Shown: positions 1-11,969 of the stretch, piece after piece
Layout of the letters: each line of letters starts with the position of its first letter
Numbering within the stretch: position 1 is the first letter of the stretch
From: Candidatus Cloacimonadales bacterium
GTDB taxonomy: Bacteria; Cloacimonadota; Cloacimonadia; Cloacimonadales; JAFGVF01
Length of the DNA stretch: 64,000 nt
Assembly (NCBI GenBank): GCA_963667035.1
Contig: OY762964.1
Location: 160,001 to 224,000, forward strand
Reading direction: 5' to 3'
Notes under the pieces: generated by a model
The model's input: only the letters and a program-made list of their open reading frames with translations
What the model was told of the DNA's origin: nothing
The model's database searches: none
Made by a program: the position numbers and the translations under genes

Positions 1-200
1 TTTCCAGCTTACCTGATAACTTCTTTCCTACTGAATTCCCCGAAATAGAAAAGAAAGTATTAACTGCATCTTACTTCCAATCTAAAACATTGCAAGAGAT
101 TGCTGATAATTTAGGTTTATCTAGAGAGAGAATAAGACAGATAAAAGCAAAAGCTCTAAGACGAGTAAAATCTCTTAATCTTATTTTACCTAAAGATTAA
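1..200 (+). CDS. 3' end of a sigma-70 family factor or sigma region 4 HTH protein (partial)
   Basis: Frame from position 3 reads ...KTLQEIADNLGLSRERIRQIKAKALRRVKSLNLILPKD* (TAA 198-200), a classic sigma-70 region 4.2 motif. Confidence 0.8.
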   Translation, partial: SSLPDNFFPTEFPEIEKKVLTASYFQSKTLQEIADNLGLSRERIRQIKAKALRRVKSLNLILPKD

Positions 201-429
201 TCATAAGCCACTTTTTTACTCAGTTTAAATTTATCCCTCACAACTGAGTAATCAGTTATTTTTAAAGCTACTCATTGACTTACGCTGTAACTATATAAAT
301 ACAAATTAATTAACAAACTGTTAGTATCATAAGTTAAAAGCATAAAAGACGCAATTTTCCTCAAAAAAGTATTGCCAACTTTTCGCATAGACATAAAAAA
401 AAGCTTAGCTACATGAGAGGAGATTTTCA

Positions 430-1470
430 ATGAGACCCGTTTATTTTGTAATCGGTAACAATCGATTCTTTGGACAAGGTAGAAAACCATGGGATCCAAT
501 TGATATGTCAATTGTTGAGCGAATCCTGAACGAGCATAGTATTAAGTGCATATTGAAAAGCTATCATGAGATCATTAATGGTGAACCTATCGACAAATCT
601 ATTCCTGTAATATATTCATTCAGTCAGAGAGAGGAAGTGAGAGAGTATATTAAGGATATGGTTGCTTACCTAACAAGTGAAGGCTACAATGTAATCCCAT
701 CATCAGAGTTGTTATATTGCCATGAGAATAAAGGTTTTCAGGAACTAGTAAAGAAAAAGTATGATATTCGAGATTTGAAAGCCTACTATTTCTGTGAAAT
801 AGAAGAAATAGAACATTACAACTTAAAATACCCCCTAGTGTTAAAAAGACTTGATGGCTCTAATGGCAAAGGAGTTTTCCTAATAGAAGATGAAAAGACG
901 CTTGTCAAACAGGTTAATAGTTTTACCAGTTCCTATACAGGAAATCAAAGAATAGACTTGTTAAGAAGAAAGTATCTTAGAGGAAACAAAGCATACAAAG
1001 AATATCCGAACTATTCCAACTCGAAAGATTATATACATTATAGGAAGCATATTCAGTCGCATAAGAGGTTTGTAATACAGGAATTCATAGAAGGACTAGA
1101 CCATGATTATAGGGTACTTAAGGCAGGAGAAAGATTCTATATAACAAAGCGTCATACAAAGAAAGGCTGTTTCAAGGCAAGCGGAACCAAAATGTTTGAT
1201 TTTGAAATAGAAAATCCATTACCCATACTTGAATATGCTAAAAATATTTCAGATAAAATTAAAGCTCCTTTCTTATCTATGGATATATGTATTAAGAATA
1301 AGGAATTCTATCTCCTTGAATTTCAGGGTTTACACTTTGGTATGAATGTTGTTGTTAAAAGTAAAGGTTACTATAAATACAATGATAATACTTTCAACTT
1401 CATTAAGTGTAAATCGACTCCGGAAGAAGCTATAGGATATGGAGTAGCATATTATCTGGAGAATAATTAA
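430..1470 (+). CDS. RimK-like ATP-grasp domain protein
   Basis: YPLVLKRLDGSNGKGVFLI, FVIQEFIEG...DYRV and SMDI...FYLLEFQ motifs of ATP-grasp ligases; GAGGAG RBS. Confidence 0.75.
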   Translation: MRPVYFVIGNNRFFGQGRKPWDPIDMSIVERILNEHSIKCILKSYHEIINGEPIDKSIPVIYSFSQREEVREYIKDMVAYLTSEGYNVIPSSELLYCHENKGFQELVKKKYDIRDLKAYYFCEIEEIEHYNLKYPLVLKRLDGSNGKGVFLIEDEKTLVKQVNSFTSSYTGNQRIDLLRRKYLRGNKAYKEYPNYSNSKDYIHYRKHIQSHKRFVIQEFIEGLDHDYRVLKAGERFYITKRHTKKGCFKASGTKMFDFEIENPLPILEYAKNISDKIKAPFLSMDICIKNKEFYLLEFQGLHFGMNVVVKSKGYYKYNDNTFNFIKCKSTPEEAIGYGVAYYLENN

Positions 1471-1477
1471 TCTACTG

Positions 1478-2350
1478 TTACTTTGTTGTAACAGCTATAA
1501 TATAATCTCCTGCAGCTAGTCTGTCCTTTATCTCATGTTGCTCTTTAGGGATAAGCTGTGAGCTAATGACAATAATCTTTAGTTCCGGCATCAATAATTT
1601 GAGCTTTTGAGCAGTACCAAGATGACTGTTTGAATGAAAGTCTCCATTGTAGTGGATTACTTTTGTTCCTTTATTGCTCTTGATGTAGTTTGCTATAGAT
1701 TCAGCCATAGTGTCATCTTTTAGACATTGAGCAGCATAGATATTATCATAAGTTACAGATGTATTGGAGTGCATAGCTGTACCCATATTCATCTTCATAA
1801 CTTTAATGAAACGTTCTCTATATTCTCCATCATTGATTTTTATATCCTTAGCTACAAACTCTTTTTCTGCTTCAGGTATTGTCTCCAAGAACTCTACACC
1901 TAGTTTATTCACACTTGAAGCATAATGTCTGGGAACATTAGCGGCTATTATTGGAAGTCGGTTGAGCTTTGCAAATTCCACTATAGGTGAGTAATCTTGT
2001 TTGTAGTTTGACCAAGGACGTGAATTCCCTATAAATTGCTTCTCCGTAATCATGGAATCAAGATATTGATCAAGAATATGCTGTACATCTCTTTCGAACA
2101 TTTCCATCGATACACATACATTGGGGTAATGCTTGTAGAACTTTTTTAAAAAGGCAAACTCCATCTTATGAACAATTGAACTATCATGAAACTCTCCGAA
2201 GAATACAACATCCGCATCCTCAATCTCTTTAACAATTCTATTTAAACTTACAGGTTTTCCTGTTTTGCTTGAGTAGTACTTGTAGCTTTTTGCTTCTACA
2301 AAACCTATCATAGAGATTAGTAATGAAACAATTATTAATGATTTATACAT
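1478..2350 (-). CDS. ChaN-family (haem-binding/iron-regulated) exported protein
   Basis: Signal peptide; DVVFFGEFHD, SMEMFERDVQ, AQCLKDDTMAESI and HYNGDFHS motifs. Confidence 0.8.
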   Translation of the reverse strand: MYKSLIIVSLLISMIGFVEAKSYKYYSSKTGKPVSLNRIVKEIEDADVVFFGEFHDSSIVHKMEFAFLKKFYKHYPNVCVSMEMFERDVQHILDQYLDSMITEKQFIGNSRPWSNYKQDYSPIVEFAKLNRLPIIAANVPRHYASSVNKLGVEFLETIPEAEKEFVAKDIKINDGEYRERFIKVMKMNMGTAMHSNTSVTYDNIYAAQCLKDDTMAESIANYIKSNKGTKVIHYNGDFHSNSHLGTAQKLKLLMPELKIIVISSQLIPKEQHEIKDRLAAGDYIIAVTTK

Positions 2351-2585
2351 AACAACTCCTTAATATCATTTACAAGATACAACAGACGGCTAAAGAATAC
2401 AAGTTTTTTATCTGAAAAATTATCATTAGTTTAAGCAGACTTATCAATATAATTATGGATATTACCTCAGGTTTTGCTTTACTATTTTTATACGTCGATT
2501 AAAATGATTTAAACAGGAAAGATTGGGATTAAGGAAGAATATCCGACTAGTATTAGGTTTATAGATAAGGAAAGGTGTATAAGTA

Positions 2586-5500
2586 ATGCATAGTAAGAGC
2601 AATCCTGTAATCGTTAAAGTATTTGGTTTTATTCTAATATTTATTCTGCTTGTTTCAGTTTGTTTTGCTGATGATATAAACAAAAGAAAGAAGATATTAT
2701 ATATCAATTCTTTTAGCACAAGCTTCCCGACATATCCGGAACATCTTAATGGTTTAAACTCGGTTTTTAGGAAATACAATTATAAAATAGATTATGAGTT
2801 TATGGATGGGAAAAAATTCTTGTCTGAAGATATAAAAGCAAGTACACATGATTTCCTTCTAAATAAAATTGCAAAGCTAGAATCCTATGATTTGATAATG
2901 GTCTCGGATGATCCTGCATTTGATTTCATTCTTGAGAATAAGGTGTCTTTTTCAAAAACTCCTATTATTTTCTTTTCCGTTAACAATAGGGATGAGGCAC
3001 TAGAGCTTGCCAAGTCACCAATTATAACCGGAGTGACAGAGAGGGTATCAAGCTTTAAGACATTAAGCTTGATACAAAAATTAAGACCACAATTAAAAAA
3101 TATATATATTATTATTGATGAACCTGATATTAAATTTGTGTCTAATAAAAGAGTATCTGATGAATTAGACAAGCTGGATTACAATAGAGTTATTATCAGA
3201 ACTGATAAATATACCCATAAAGAGCTGGGAGAACAGATTGGTCAGATTAATCCTAATGATGCAATAGTCTTTGTTTCAGCCTATCAAAGTAAAGATCATG
3301 TGATTCAAGATTTTAAAAATAGCCAGGATATAGTTATTAAGAATGCCAAAGCTCCTATATTTCATTTATGGGAACACGGAATAGGGAATGGGTTTCTAGG
3401 TGGATATGTTCTTTCTCATTATGACCAAGCTCAGAAGGCAGCCAATTTAGCAATAAGAATGCTAAATAACAAAGAAGTTAATATACCGGTGATTGATACT
3501 GAATCCAGTAATTATTGTCTAATGGATTATCAATTACTACATAAATACAAGATTGATGAATCAAAACTGCCTCCTAATGTCAGATATGTAAATATGCCAG
3601 AGACTGTTTGGAGCCAATTTGGACTTGAGATGGTAATAATCATTGTTCTTGTCGTAGTTGAGTTCTTGATTTTAGTCTTGTTATGGTATCTTTATCATCA
3701 AAGAAAGAAGTATTTGTTAAAGCTTAAGCAGAATGAGGAGAAGCTGAGAATTACTCTCCAATCAATATGTGACGGTGTTATAGCTACTGATACTTCAGGC
3801 AACATCATAATGATTAATGCTGCTGCAGAGAAACTTACGGGATGGAGCAGAAAAGAAGCTGAAGGAAAAAATATCTCGGAAGTTGCAGTAACTATAGATT
3901 CTGAAACAGGGAAACCTTTGGAGAGTCCTGTGTTTAAAGTTCTCTCGGTTAAGAGCGTTATAGGCTCATCTCCTAACACGAAACTAATCTCAAAAACGGG
4001 AGAAGAATTTCTCATTACTGATAAAGCATCACCAATATTGAACTCTTCAGGAGAAACAGAGGGTGTTGTAATGGTGTTCCAAGATTCTACCATTAAGAGA
4101 CATCAGGAAAAACTACTGAAGGAAAGTGAAGAACAGCTTAACATGTTTTTTAATCAGTCTCTTTCTGCATTCTTTCTTTTGGAATTAAAGGAACCGATTG
4201 AAATGGGAGATAAGATTACTATGGGTAAAATTGATTATATTGTAGAGAATCTTACGTTTTCCAAAGTAAATGCTGCTCTTATGAAGATGTATGGTTTGGA
4301 ATCAATGGAGGTGCTCGGGAAAAAATTCAGAGATATTAGGAATTACTATGTGGATAGAAAGGATATACTTATAGAAATAATCAGGAAAGGAAGTTTATCA
4401 CGGATTACTATAGAGCATAATAAGCAGGGTAATACATTATGGGTTCATGGTTACTATTCGTTGATTAAAGACCAACATGGACGTATTGCAGGACTGTTTG
4501 GTACACAATATGATGTTACAGAAAAATACATAAAAGAGCAAAAGATAAAATCTCTTCTTGAGTTACGTAACGGAATACTTGATAACATAATGAGCAGTGC
4601 TGTAGTAAAGGATGTTGATAATGATTTCAGGATTTTGCATTGGAATAAATACATAGAAGATTTTACCGGAATATCTGCGGAAGATGCTATAGGTAAGACC
4701 GATTTCGATGTATATTCCAAAGAAATAGCCCGGAAGAGTCGAGAAATGGATATCGAGGTTTCTAAATTAGCTAATGGTCAAGTCTCTTATGAAACACAGC
4801 TTGCTAATATAAGAGGAGAAACTAAGTACTTTAAAATAGTTAAAACAATAATTCCAAGACAAAATTCTTCAAGATTATTGTTAAGCTTTGCATTTGATAT
4901 TGATGATTTAAAGAGAGCTCAAAATGAGCTTATCGTAGCTAAAGAGAAAGCAGAAACCGCTGATAAACTGAAATCGGCATTCTTAGCAAATATGAGTCAT
5001 GAGATAAGAACTCCTTTAAACAGTATTGTTGGATTTGCTTATTTATTATCTGTAAGCGAGAATCAGACTGAATCAGAAGAGTTCTATGATGTTATAAGCA
5101 ATAGTACTGAACTTCTTTTAACACTGATTAATGATATTGTTGATTATTCTAAGATAGAGTCGGGAGATTTGGCTCTCGTTCAAGAGAACTGCAATATCCA
5201 TGAAGTGCTTACGCATTGTTTACAAACAATTCGTTCCGGTGTTAATAATGATATTGATGTTTTGCTGGACTTAGAATCCGAAGAACCTGTTTATATTACA
5301 ACGGATTCCCAGAGATTACAACAAATTCTATTAAACCTTCTTACTAACTCGGTCAAATATACTCATAAGGGATATATAAAACTAGGATATAAATCAGACT
5401 CAGATTTTATTTCTTTCTATGTCGAAGATACGGGGTGCGGAATTGAGCAAGAACATCACGAAAAAATCTTTGAGAGATTCTTCAAGATAGATGAGTTTAA

Positions 5501-6047
5501 ACAAGGTACGGGGTTGGGGCTTTCAATCTGTAAACTACTGATCGATGCATTTGGAGGTAAAATTTGGCTTAAATCTGAAATTGGGAAGGGTTCAACCTTT
5601 TTCTTTACAATCCCTAATTCTACAGCAGAGAAACCTTCTGAAACTAAAATGGATTTCAGTACTTATATTCCCATACCTATTCGATCTAAAGATAGAAAAA
5701 CTCTCCTGATAGCTGAAGATACAGAAAGTAATTATCAACTACTGGAAAGTGCCCTAACAAAGTCCTATCACTTGTTACATGCTACTAATGGAAAGGAAGC
5801 GGTTAATATGTTTAAAGAACATAATCCCGATGCAGTTTTGATGGATTTGAAAATGCCGGTACTTGATGGTTTTGGGGCTACGAGGCAGATTCGCGAAATT
5901 AATCGGGACGTTCCAATTATTGCAGTTACAGCTTATGCTTACGACACTGATAAAATTAAAGCTTTTGAAGCGGGCTGTAATGATTACATCCCTAAGCCTA
6001 TTGATGTGAAAATGCTTAGAGGAGTTCTCGGACATCATCTATTCTAA
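2586..6047 (+). CDS. Hybrid sensor histidine kinase/response regulator (periplasmic sensor, PAS domains, HisKA, HATPase, REC)
   Basis: KSAFLANMSHEIRTPLN H-box, GTGLGLSI G2 box, C-terminal LMDLKMP receiver; TM segment followed by PAS repeats. Confidence 0.92.
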   Translation: MHSKSNPVIVKVFGFILIFILLVSVCFADDINKRKKILYINSFSTSFPTYPEHLNGLNSVFRKYNYKIDYEFMDGKKFLSEDIKASTHDFLLNKIAKLESYDLIMVSDDPAFDFILENKVSFSKTPIIFFSVNNRDEALELAKSPIITGVTERVSSFKTLSLIQKLRPQLKNIYIIIDEPDIKFVSNKRVSDELDKLDYNRVIIRTDKYTHKELGEQIGQINPNDAIVFVSAYQSKDHVIQDFKNSQDIVIKNAKAPIFHLWEHGIGNGFLGGYVLSHYDQAQKAANLAIRMLNNKEVNIPVIDTESSNYCLMDYQLLHKYKIDESKLPPNVRYVNMPETVWSQFGLEMVIIIVLVVVEFLILVLLWYLYHQRKKYLLKLKQNEEKLRITLQSICDGVIATDTSGNIIMINAAAEKLTGWSRKEAEGKNISEVAVTIDSETGKPLESPVFKVLSVKSVIGSSPNTKLISKTGEEFLITDKASPILNSSGETEGVVMVFQDSTIKRHQEKLLKESEEQLNMFFNQSLSAFFLLELKEPIEMGDKITMGKIDYIVENLTFSKVNAALMKMYGLESMEVLGKKFRDIRNYYVDRKDILIEIIRKGSLSRITIEHNKQGNTLWVHGYYSLIKDQHGRIAGLFGTQYDVTEKYIKEQKIKSLLELRNGILDNIMSSAVVKDVDNDFRILHWNKYIEDFTGISAEDAIGKTDFDVYSKEIARKSREMDIEVSKLANGQVSYETQLANIRGETKYFKIVKTIIPRQNSSRLLLSFAFDIDDLKRAQNELIVAKEKAETADKLKSAFLANMSHEIRTPLNSIVGFAYLLSVSENQTESEEFYDVISNSTELLLTLINDIVDYSKIESGDLALVQENCNIHEVLTHCLQTIRSGVNNDIDVLLDLESEEPVYITTDSQRLQQILLNLLTNSVKYTHKGYIKLGYKSDSDFISFYVEDTGCGIEQEHHEKIFERFFKIDEFKQGTGLGLSICKLLIDAFGGKIWLKSEIGKGSTFFFTIPNSTAEKPSETKMDFSTYIPIPIRSKDRKTLLIAEDTESNYQLLESALTKSYHLLHATNGKEAVNMFKEHNPDAVLMDLKMPVLDGFGATRQIREINRDVPIIAVTAYAYDTDKIKAFEAGCNDYIPKPIDVKMLRGVLGHHLF

Positions 6048-6566
6048 ATATTGCTTGGTAACTCTGAACTTGTCCTCTTTGTAACCGTTTGCAACAGCAA
6101 TTGATATGATATACTTTAAGGTCTCCTGATTCATTTCCTGAGACCTACTTAATATCCAGGCATATCTCTGATGCGGTTCGCCTACTAAAGCCCACTCATA
6201 ATTATCATCAATATCAATAATCCAATAATCTCCCCAGAAGATGTTCTTGCCAAATACACGAACAAAGCTTACTTTCAGTTTGGAATTGTCTTTATTTACA
6301 ACTCTGGCTTGTCCCTCTATCTGTTTTAGCTCTCCATTACTCTTCTTGCAACTGTTAATCACTTTGATTTTATCATTTTGTAAGTAGTATTCTGCTGTAG
6401 TATTTGAACTGCAAGCACGTTGAAAAGGATTGGGAGTTCTAGCAACTTCATACCATTTCCCTGCATATCGCTTCAAATCTATATTGCTAGCAGTAGTGAC
6501 CTCCATCGCTAACAAGCATGATAAAGAAACAAGTATGGTAATTATAAATAAATACTTCATCAACAA
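6039..6566 (-). CDS. blc: Bacterial lipocalin (Blc-like)
   Basis: RYAGKWYEVAR and GDYWIIDID.NYEWALVGEP...WILSR lipocalin motifs. Confidence 0.88.
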   Translation of the reverse strand: MLMKYLFIITILVSLSCLLAMEVTTASNIDLKRYAGKWYEVARTPNPFQRACSSNTTAEYYLQNDKIKVINSCKKSNGELKQIEGQARVVNKDNSKLKVSFVRVFGKNIFWGDYWIIDIDDNYEWALVGEPHQRYAWILSRSQEMNQETLKYIISIAVANGYKEDKFRVTKQYLE

Positions 6567-6678
6567 CCTCCTGAAGATAGATTAATCGTGTTCTACTCTA
6601 TAGCAATCTGTAAACACGAGCGATTATGAAACAAAGGACTAAGCGGACAAGGGATATAGAGTTTAATTAATTTTTTTA

Positions 6679-6731
6679 TTGACATTCGAACTAAATGTTG
6701 CAAATTAGCACTCGTGCTTTAGGTTTGCTAA
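6679..6731 (+). promoter_or_regulatory. groEL promoter (-35 TTGACA 6679-6684) with CIRCE-like HrcA operator at 6705-6731
   Basis: TTAGCACTC-N9-GTTTGCTAA versus the CIRCE consensus TTAGCACTC-N9-GAGTGCTAA (2 mismatches), directly upstream of groEL. Confidence 0.8.
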
Positions 6732-6748
6732 GCACATCATTGATATAA

Positions 6749-8419
<1,671 letters not shown>

Positions 8420-8443
8420 TAGAATATCATTGCAATATATTGA

Positions 8444-8474
8444 AGGGTTTACCAATATTGGTAAACCCTCTTTT
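8444..8474 (+). terminator. Rho-independent terminator of groEL
   Basis: 26-bp palindrome agggtttaccaat/attggtaaaccct followed by a T-run. Confidence 0.8.
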
Positions 8475-8631
8475 ACTTTATACTTGCCATTTCCATGAAT
8501 AGAAATAAGCTATCACTATTAAGATGGCGAGTCACACATAAAAGTATCCACCCTAGGAAAGTTAAAGTTTTACCAAGAAAAATACTACGTAAACTATCCC
8601 TCCACCCACACGTTACTCCCATGAACAATAT

Positions 8632-8701
8632 TTACTCAATCCTTACTCATCTCTTACTCAACACTTACTCAAAACATGATTTTGGAGTTGGAAATTAGTA
8701 A
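8632..8701. repeat. 11-bp-period TTACTCA array with degenerate inverted arm
   Basis: TTACTCA at 8632, 8643, 8654, 8665; complementary-like GGAGTTG (8684) and TTAGTAA (8695). Confidence 0.6.
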
Positions 8702-9036
8702 GATGTCTGGGAGTGTTATATCTCAATTCTGTCTATGTTGCTCAAGTGCATAACGGGAGAAGGGAGTAAAAAAGAAAAGTGTGTAAACCTTAATATGCGA
8801 TTAAGCATATAATAGCTTTAATGCATATTTTGAGTGTTTTTTATACTGATTATGCTATATAATCAAGCTATATATGCATGTTGATACATTCTTTATGGGG
8901 AGACTAAATTAAAAAAGTATTATTTGACAATATAAATCCTGATAGAACAAATAGAATTGTGGCGTTTATAAAAGTATCTAAAAATTCTAGTAAAATTCAT
9001 GGTATTATTGGTAGTTATTTTATAAAAGAGGTAAGT

Positions 9037-10323
9037 GTGAAAAAGAGATATTGGTTTTTATTTATAATCATGTTATATGAATCCCTTTGTTTCGGTCAGG
9101 AATACTTTGAAGAGTTGTTTAGTTCAGAGTCAAGAATAAAGGGATTTCAGGAAGACTCAACTGGAGTAATGTATCTTGCAACCCGTGATTGTTTATTTAA
9201 ATCAGTAGATAATGGTAGTTCATGGCAACAGATTTTTGATGAAGCGGGAGTTGAGACAATAGGTGTTAATTCTCTTGACTGTATCTATGCACTTTCATAT
9301 CCACCATTACTTAGTATGCATTATTCAATTGATCAAGGGCTTACCTGGAATGTAATGAATAGACCAACCGGCTATGATCTTGTTGATCTTTTTATAACAT
9401 CAGATGATACAATGTTTTTGACCGGTTGGGGCTGTATTTATAAATATGACAGTGATAATGAAGATTGGGTTCAGGTTTTAGCATGTACTTATGAAGAGAT
9501 TGTGACTTCGATTGTTAGTAATGAAAATAATGTTCTTTTTGCCAGTTCCACAAATTTTGAGGGCTCAGGAACTACAGGAGGAATATACCGATCTGATGAC
9601 CGGGGGGACACATGGGAGCATATCGGATTGGATTACTATTTTGTCCAAGACTTAACGATAAATTCAAATGGAGAGTTTTTTGCTTGTACTTCCGGGCATT
9701 CAACAACAGGTGATACAGTGATTATGCATTCAATAGATCAGGGAGAAACTTGGAATCAGTGTTTCAGTTATGCAAGCCAGATGTTTACTATCATAAACGA
9801 TTCAAATGATAATCTGTATGTTGGAACGGGAAATTATCCTATTAGTTGGGCAGGAGTTCAGTTCTCGCAAGATAATGGTCAAACTTGGAATCAGCTTCAG
9901 ACAAACCTGATACCCAATAATGCCCAGGTTGACTATCTCTACTGTGATTCCGATAATTACTTATATGCAATAGTTAACGGAGATTATCCTCCTTACACAT
10001 TATTGAAGAGTCTGGAACCGACAACGACTACAGTTATCGACGAAGATTTTGTGGCTCCTGTAAATCAAATTTCTAATTACCCAAACCCCTTTACAGACGA
10101 AACAACGATTGTTCTAAGACTTCCATCCAAGAGTATAAGAGAAGCAAAAGTCGAAATATTCAATGTGAGAGGGCAGAAGATTAGAGAAATACCCGTAGAG
10201 CAACAGGAAGTAAAATGGGACGGGAGAGATGATCAATGTCAAAAAGCCCCTTCAGGAGTCTATTTCTATAGAATAAAAACAGAAGATAGTATTTTGACAA
10301 AGAAATGTATTTTAATGAAGTAG
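9037..10323 (+). CDS. Secreted BNR/Asp-box beta-propeller protein with T9SS type-A/FlgD-like C-terminal domain (paralog 1)
   Basis: Repeated S.D.G.TW Asp-boxes; NYPNPFT...GVYFYRI...KKCILMK. Start reassigned to GTG 9037 after GAGG RBS, matching paralog 2 (ORF track starts at 8959). Confidence 0.85.
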   Translation: MKKRYWFLFIIMLYESLCFGQEYFEELFSSESRIKGFQEDSTGVMYLATRDCLFKSVDNGSSWQQIFDEAGVETIGVNSLDCIYALSYPPLLSMHYSIDQGLTWNVMNRPTGYDLVDLFITSDDTMFLTGWGCIYKYDSDNEDWVQVLACTYEEIVTSIVSNENNVLFASSTNFEGSGTTGGIYRSDDRGDTWEHIGLDYYFVQDLTINSNGEFFACTSGHSTTGDTVIMHSIDQGETWNQCFSYASQMFTIINDSNDNLYVGTGNYPISWAGVQFSQDNGQTWNQLQTNLIPNNAQVDYLYCDSDNYLYAIVNGDYPPYTLLKSLEPTTTTVIDEDFVAPVNQISNYPNPFTDETTIVLRLPSKSIREAKVEIFNVRGQKIREIPVEQQEVKWDGRDDQCQKAPSGVYFYRIKTEDSILTKKCILMK

Positions 10324-10590
10324 AAAACTGCAAGCATTCTATCAAGCTTTGATGGTTGCTACTCTCGGAGATACATAAACATAAGGTATCTATATAAGGT
10401 CTGCAAAAATGAATCTTTTAGATTGTACGGCTCTTTACTATGAAAGAAATTGTTAATAATGAAAAAAATAAAAAACATTTGACAATAAAAATCATAACTA
10501 ATTATATCTAATTGTGGCGTTTAAGAATGTATCTAAAAGTACTAGTAAAATTCATAGTATTATTGGTAGTTATTTTTTAAAGAGGTAAGT

Positions 10591-11868
10591 GTGAGCAAGA
10601 GACATTGGTTTTTATTTATGATACTGTTATGTGCATCCCTTTGTTTCGGTCAGGAACACTTTGAGGAGTTGTACTCTTCGGATTCAAGAATATATGATTT
10701 TGGAATAGACAATCTGGGGAATCTTTACTTAACAAATAATGGTGGTCTCCATCGTTCAACAGATAATGGGAATAGTTGGGAATTAATTTTTAATGATCTA
10801 CAACCTGTAAAAATTTGCTTTACTCCTACAAATGGTTTATACATGTATAATCTTTATAATTATTATTTTTCTCCTGATATACAAACTTGGGATATGATTT
10901 CTACTCTTAACCTTATTGGAACAAGAGATATATTCCTAGATTCACTAGGAAATCTATTCATTTACGGGTGGCGAGGTATTGCAAAATCAATAGATGGAGG
11001 TTGTTCATGGCAACAAACATTTTCTACAAACGTAGGAGAGGAATTCAATACTTTTATTGAGTCATCAGATGGCACATACTACGCCGGTTCTACAGCATAT
11101 GCTGCAGACACAGAGAACCCGGGAGGTTTTTACAGATCCTTCGATCAGGGAGATACATGGGAGAATATCGGATTGCCAAATTATTACATCCGATCTATAA
11201 CTGAAACATCCAACAACGAGTTGTTGGCCTGTACTTCCGGACATACAACAACAGGTGCAAGAGTGATTATGCATTCAACTGACCAGGGAGCAACCTGGAA
11301 TCAGTGTTTTAGTTATACCAGTCAGATGTTTACTATCATAAACGATTCTAATGATAATCTGTTTGTTGGAACGGGAAATTATCCTGTTAGTTGGGCAGGA
11401 GTTCAGTTCTCGCAAGATAATGGTCAAACTTGGAATCAGCTTCAGACAAACCTGATATCTAATAATGCCCAAGTTGATTATCTCTACTGCGATTCAGATA
11501 ACTATTTATATGCAATAGTTAACGGAGATTATCCTCCTTACACATTATTGAAAAGTCTGGAACCAACAACGACCACTGTTATCGAAGAAGATTTTGTAGT
11601 TCCTGTAAATCAGATTACTAATTTCCCAAACCCCTTTACAGACGAAACAACGATTGTTCTGGAATTTCCATCAAAAAGCGTACAAAGTGCAAAGTTAGAA
11701 ATATTTAATGTGAGAGGGCAGAAGATTAGAGAAATACCCGTAGAGCAACAGGAAGTAAAATGGGACGGAAGGGATAAAAGGGGCAATAAGGTTCCATCCG
11801 GTATTTATTCCTATAGAATACAAACGGAAGCCGGTATTTTAACAAAGAAATGTATATTAATGAAGTAA
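10591..11868 (+). CDS. Secreted BNR/Asp-box beta-propeller protein with T9SS type-A/FlgD-like C-terminal domain (paralog 2)
   Basis: Same architecture; C-terminal half near-identical to paralog 1. Confidence 0.85.
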   Translation: MSKRHWFLFMILLCASLCFGQEHFEELYSSDSRIYDFGIDNLGNLYLTNNGGLHRSTDNGNSWELIFNDLQPVKICFTPTNGLYMYNLYNYYFSPDIQTWDMISTLNLIGTRDIFLDSLGNLFIYGWRGIAKSIDGGCSWQQTFSTNVGEEFNTFIESSDGTYYAGSTAYAADTENPGGFYRSFDQGDTWENIGLPNYYIRSITETSNNELLACTSGHTTTGARVIMHSTDQGATWNQCFSYTSQMFTIINDSNDNLFVGTGNYPVSWAGVQFSQDNGQTWNQLQTNLISNNAQVDYLYCDSDNYLYAIVNGDYPPYTLLKSLEPTTTTVIEEDFVVPVNQITNFPNPFTDETTIVLEFPSKSVQSAKLEIFNVRGQKIREIPVEQQEVKWDGRDKRGNKVPSGIYSYRIQTEAGILTKKCILMK

Positions 11869-11969
11869 AATATTATGACTCTTTTAGAAAGAATTTTCTT
11901 GCTAATTACAAAACTGGATACTTTAAAGGGTTACCTCCCACTATCACTATTAAGACATCGGGAATAGAT

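Larger units (their letters stand above)
8525..11940 (+). mobile_element. Non-autonomous cargo element bounded by IS481-like ends, with 15-bp target site duplication
   Basis: 8525-8596 matches the IS left end 42613-42684; 11877-11940 matches the IS right end 43938-44001; CTATCACTATTAAGA is duplicated at 8510-8524 and 11941-11955; no transposase inside. Confidence 0.88.

Noticed and set aside
8495..8698. 67-aa ORF after groEL
   Set aside because: It spans the TSD, the IS left end and the 11-bp array; no RBS or recognisable domain.
8960..8980. TGGCGTTTATAAAAGTATCTA upstream of the cargo genes resembling the IS left end
   Set aside because: Needs a 5-bp gap, and the second copy (about 10515) is more divergent; chance is plausible in AT-rich DNA.
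11850..11969. N-terminal extension of the PAP2 ORF
   Set aside because: It is the residual transposase C-terminus plus TSD; the signal-peptide-like start is at 11970.
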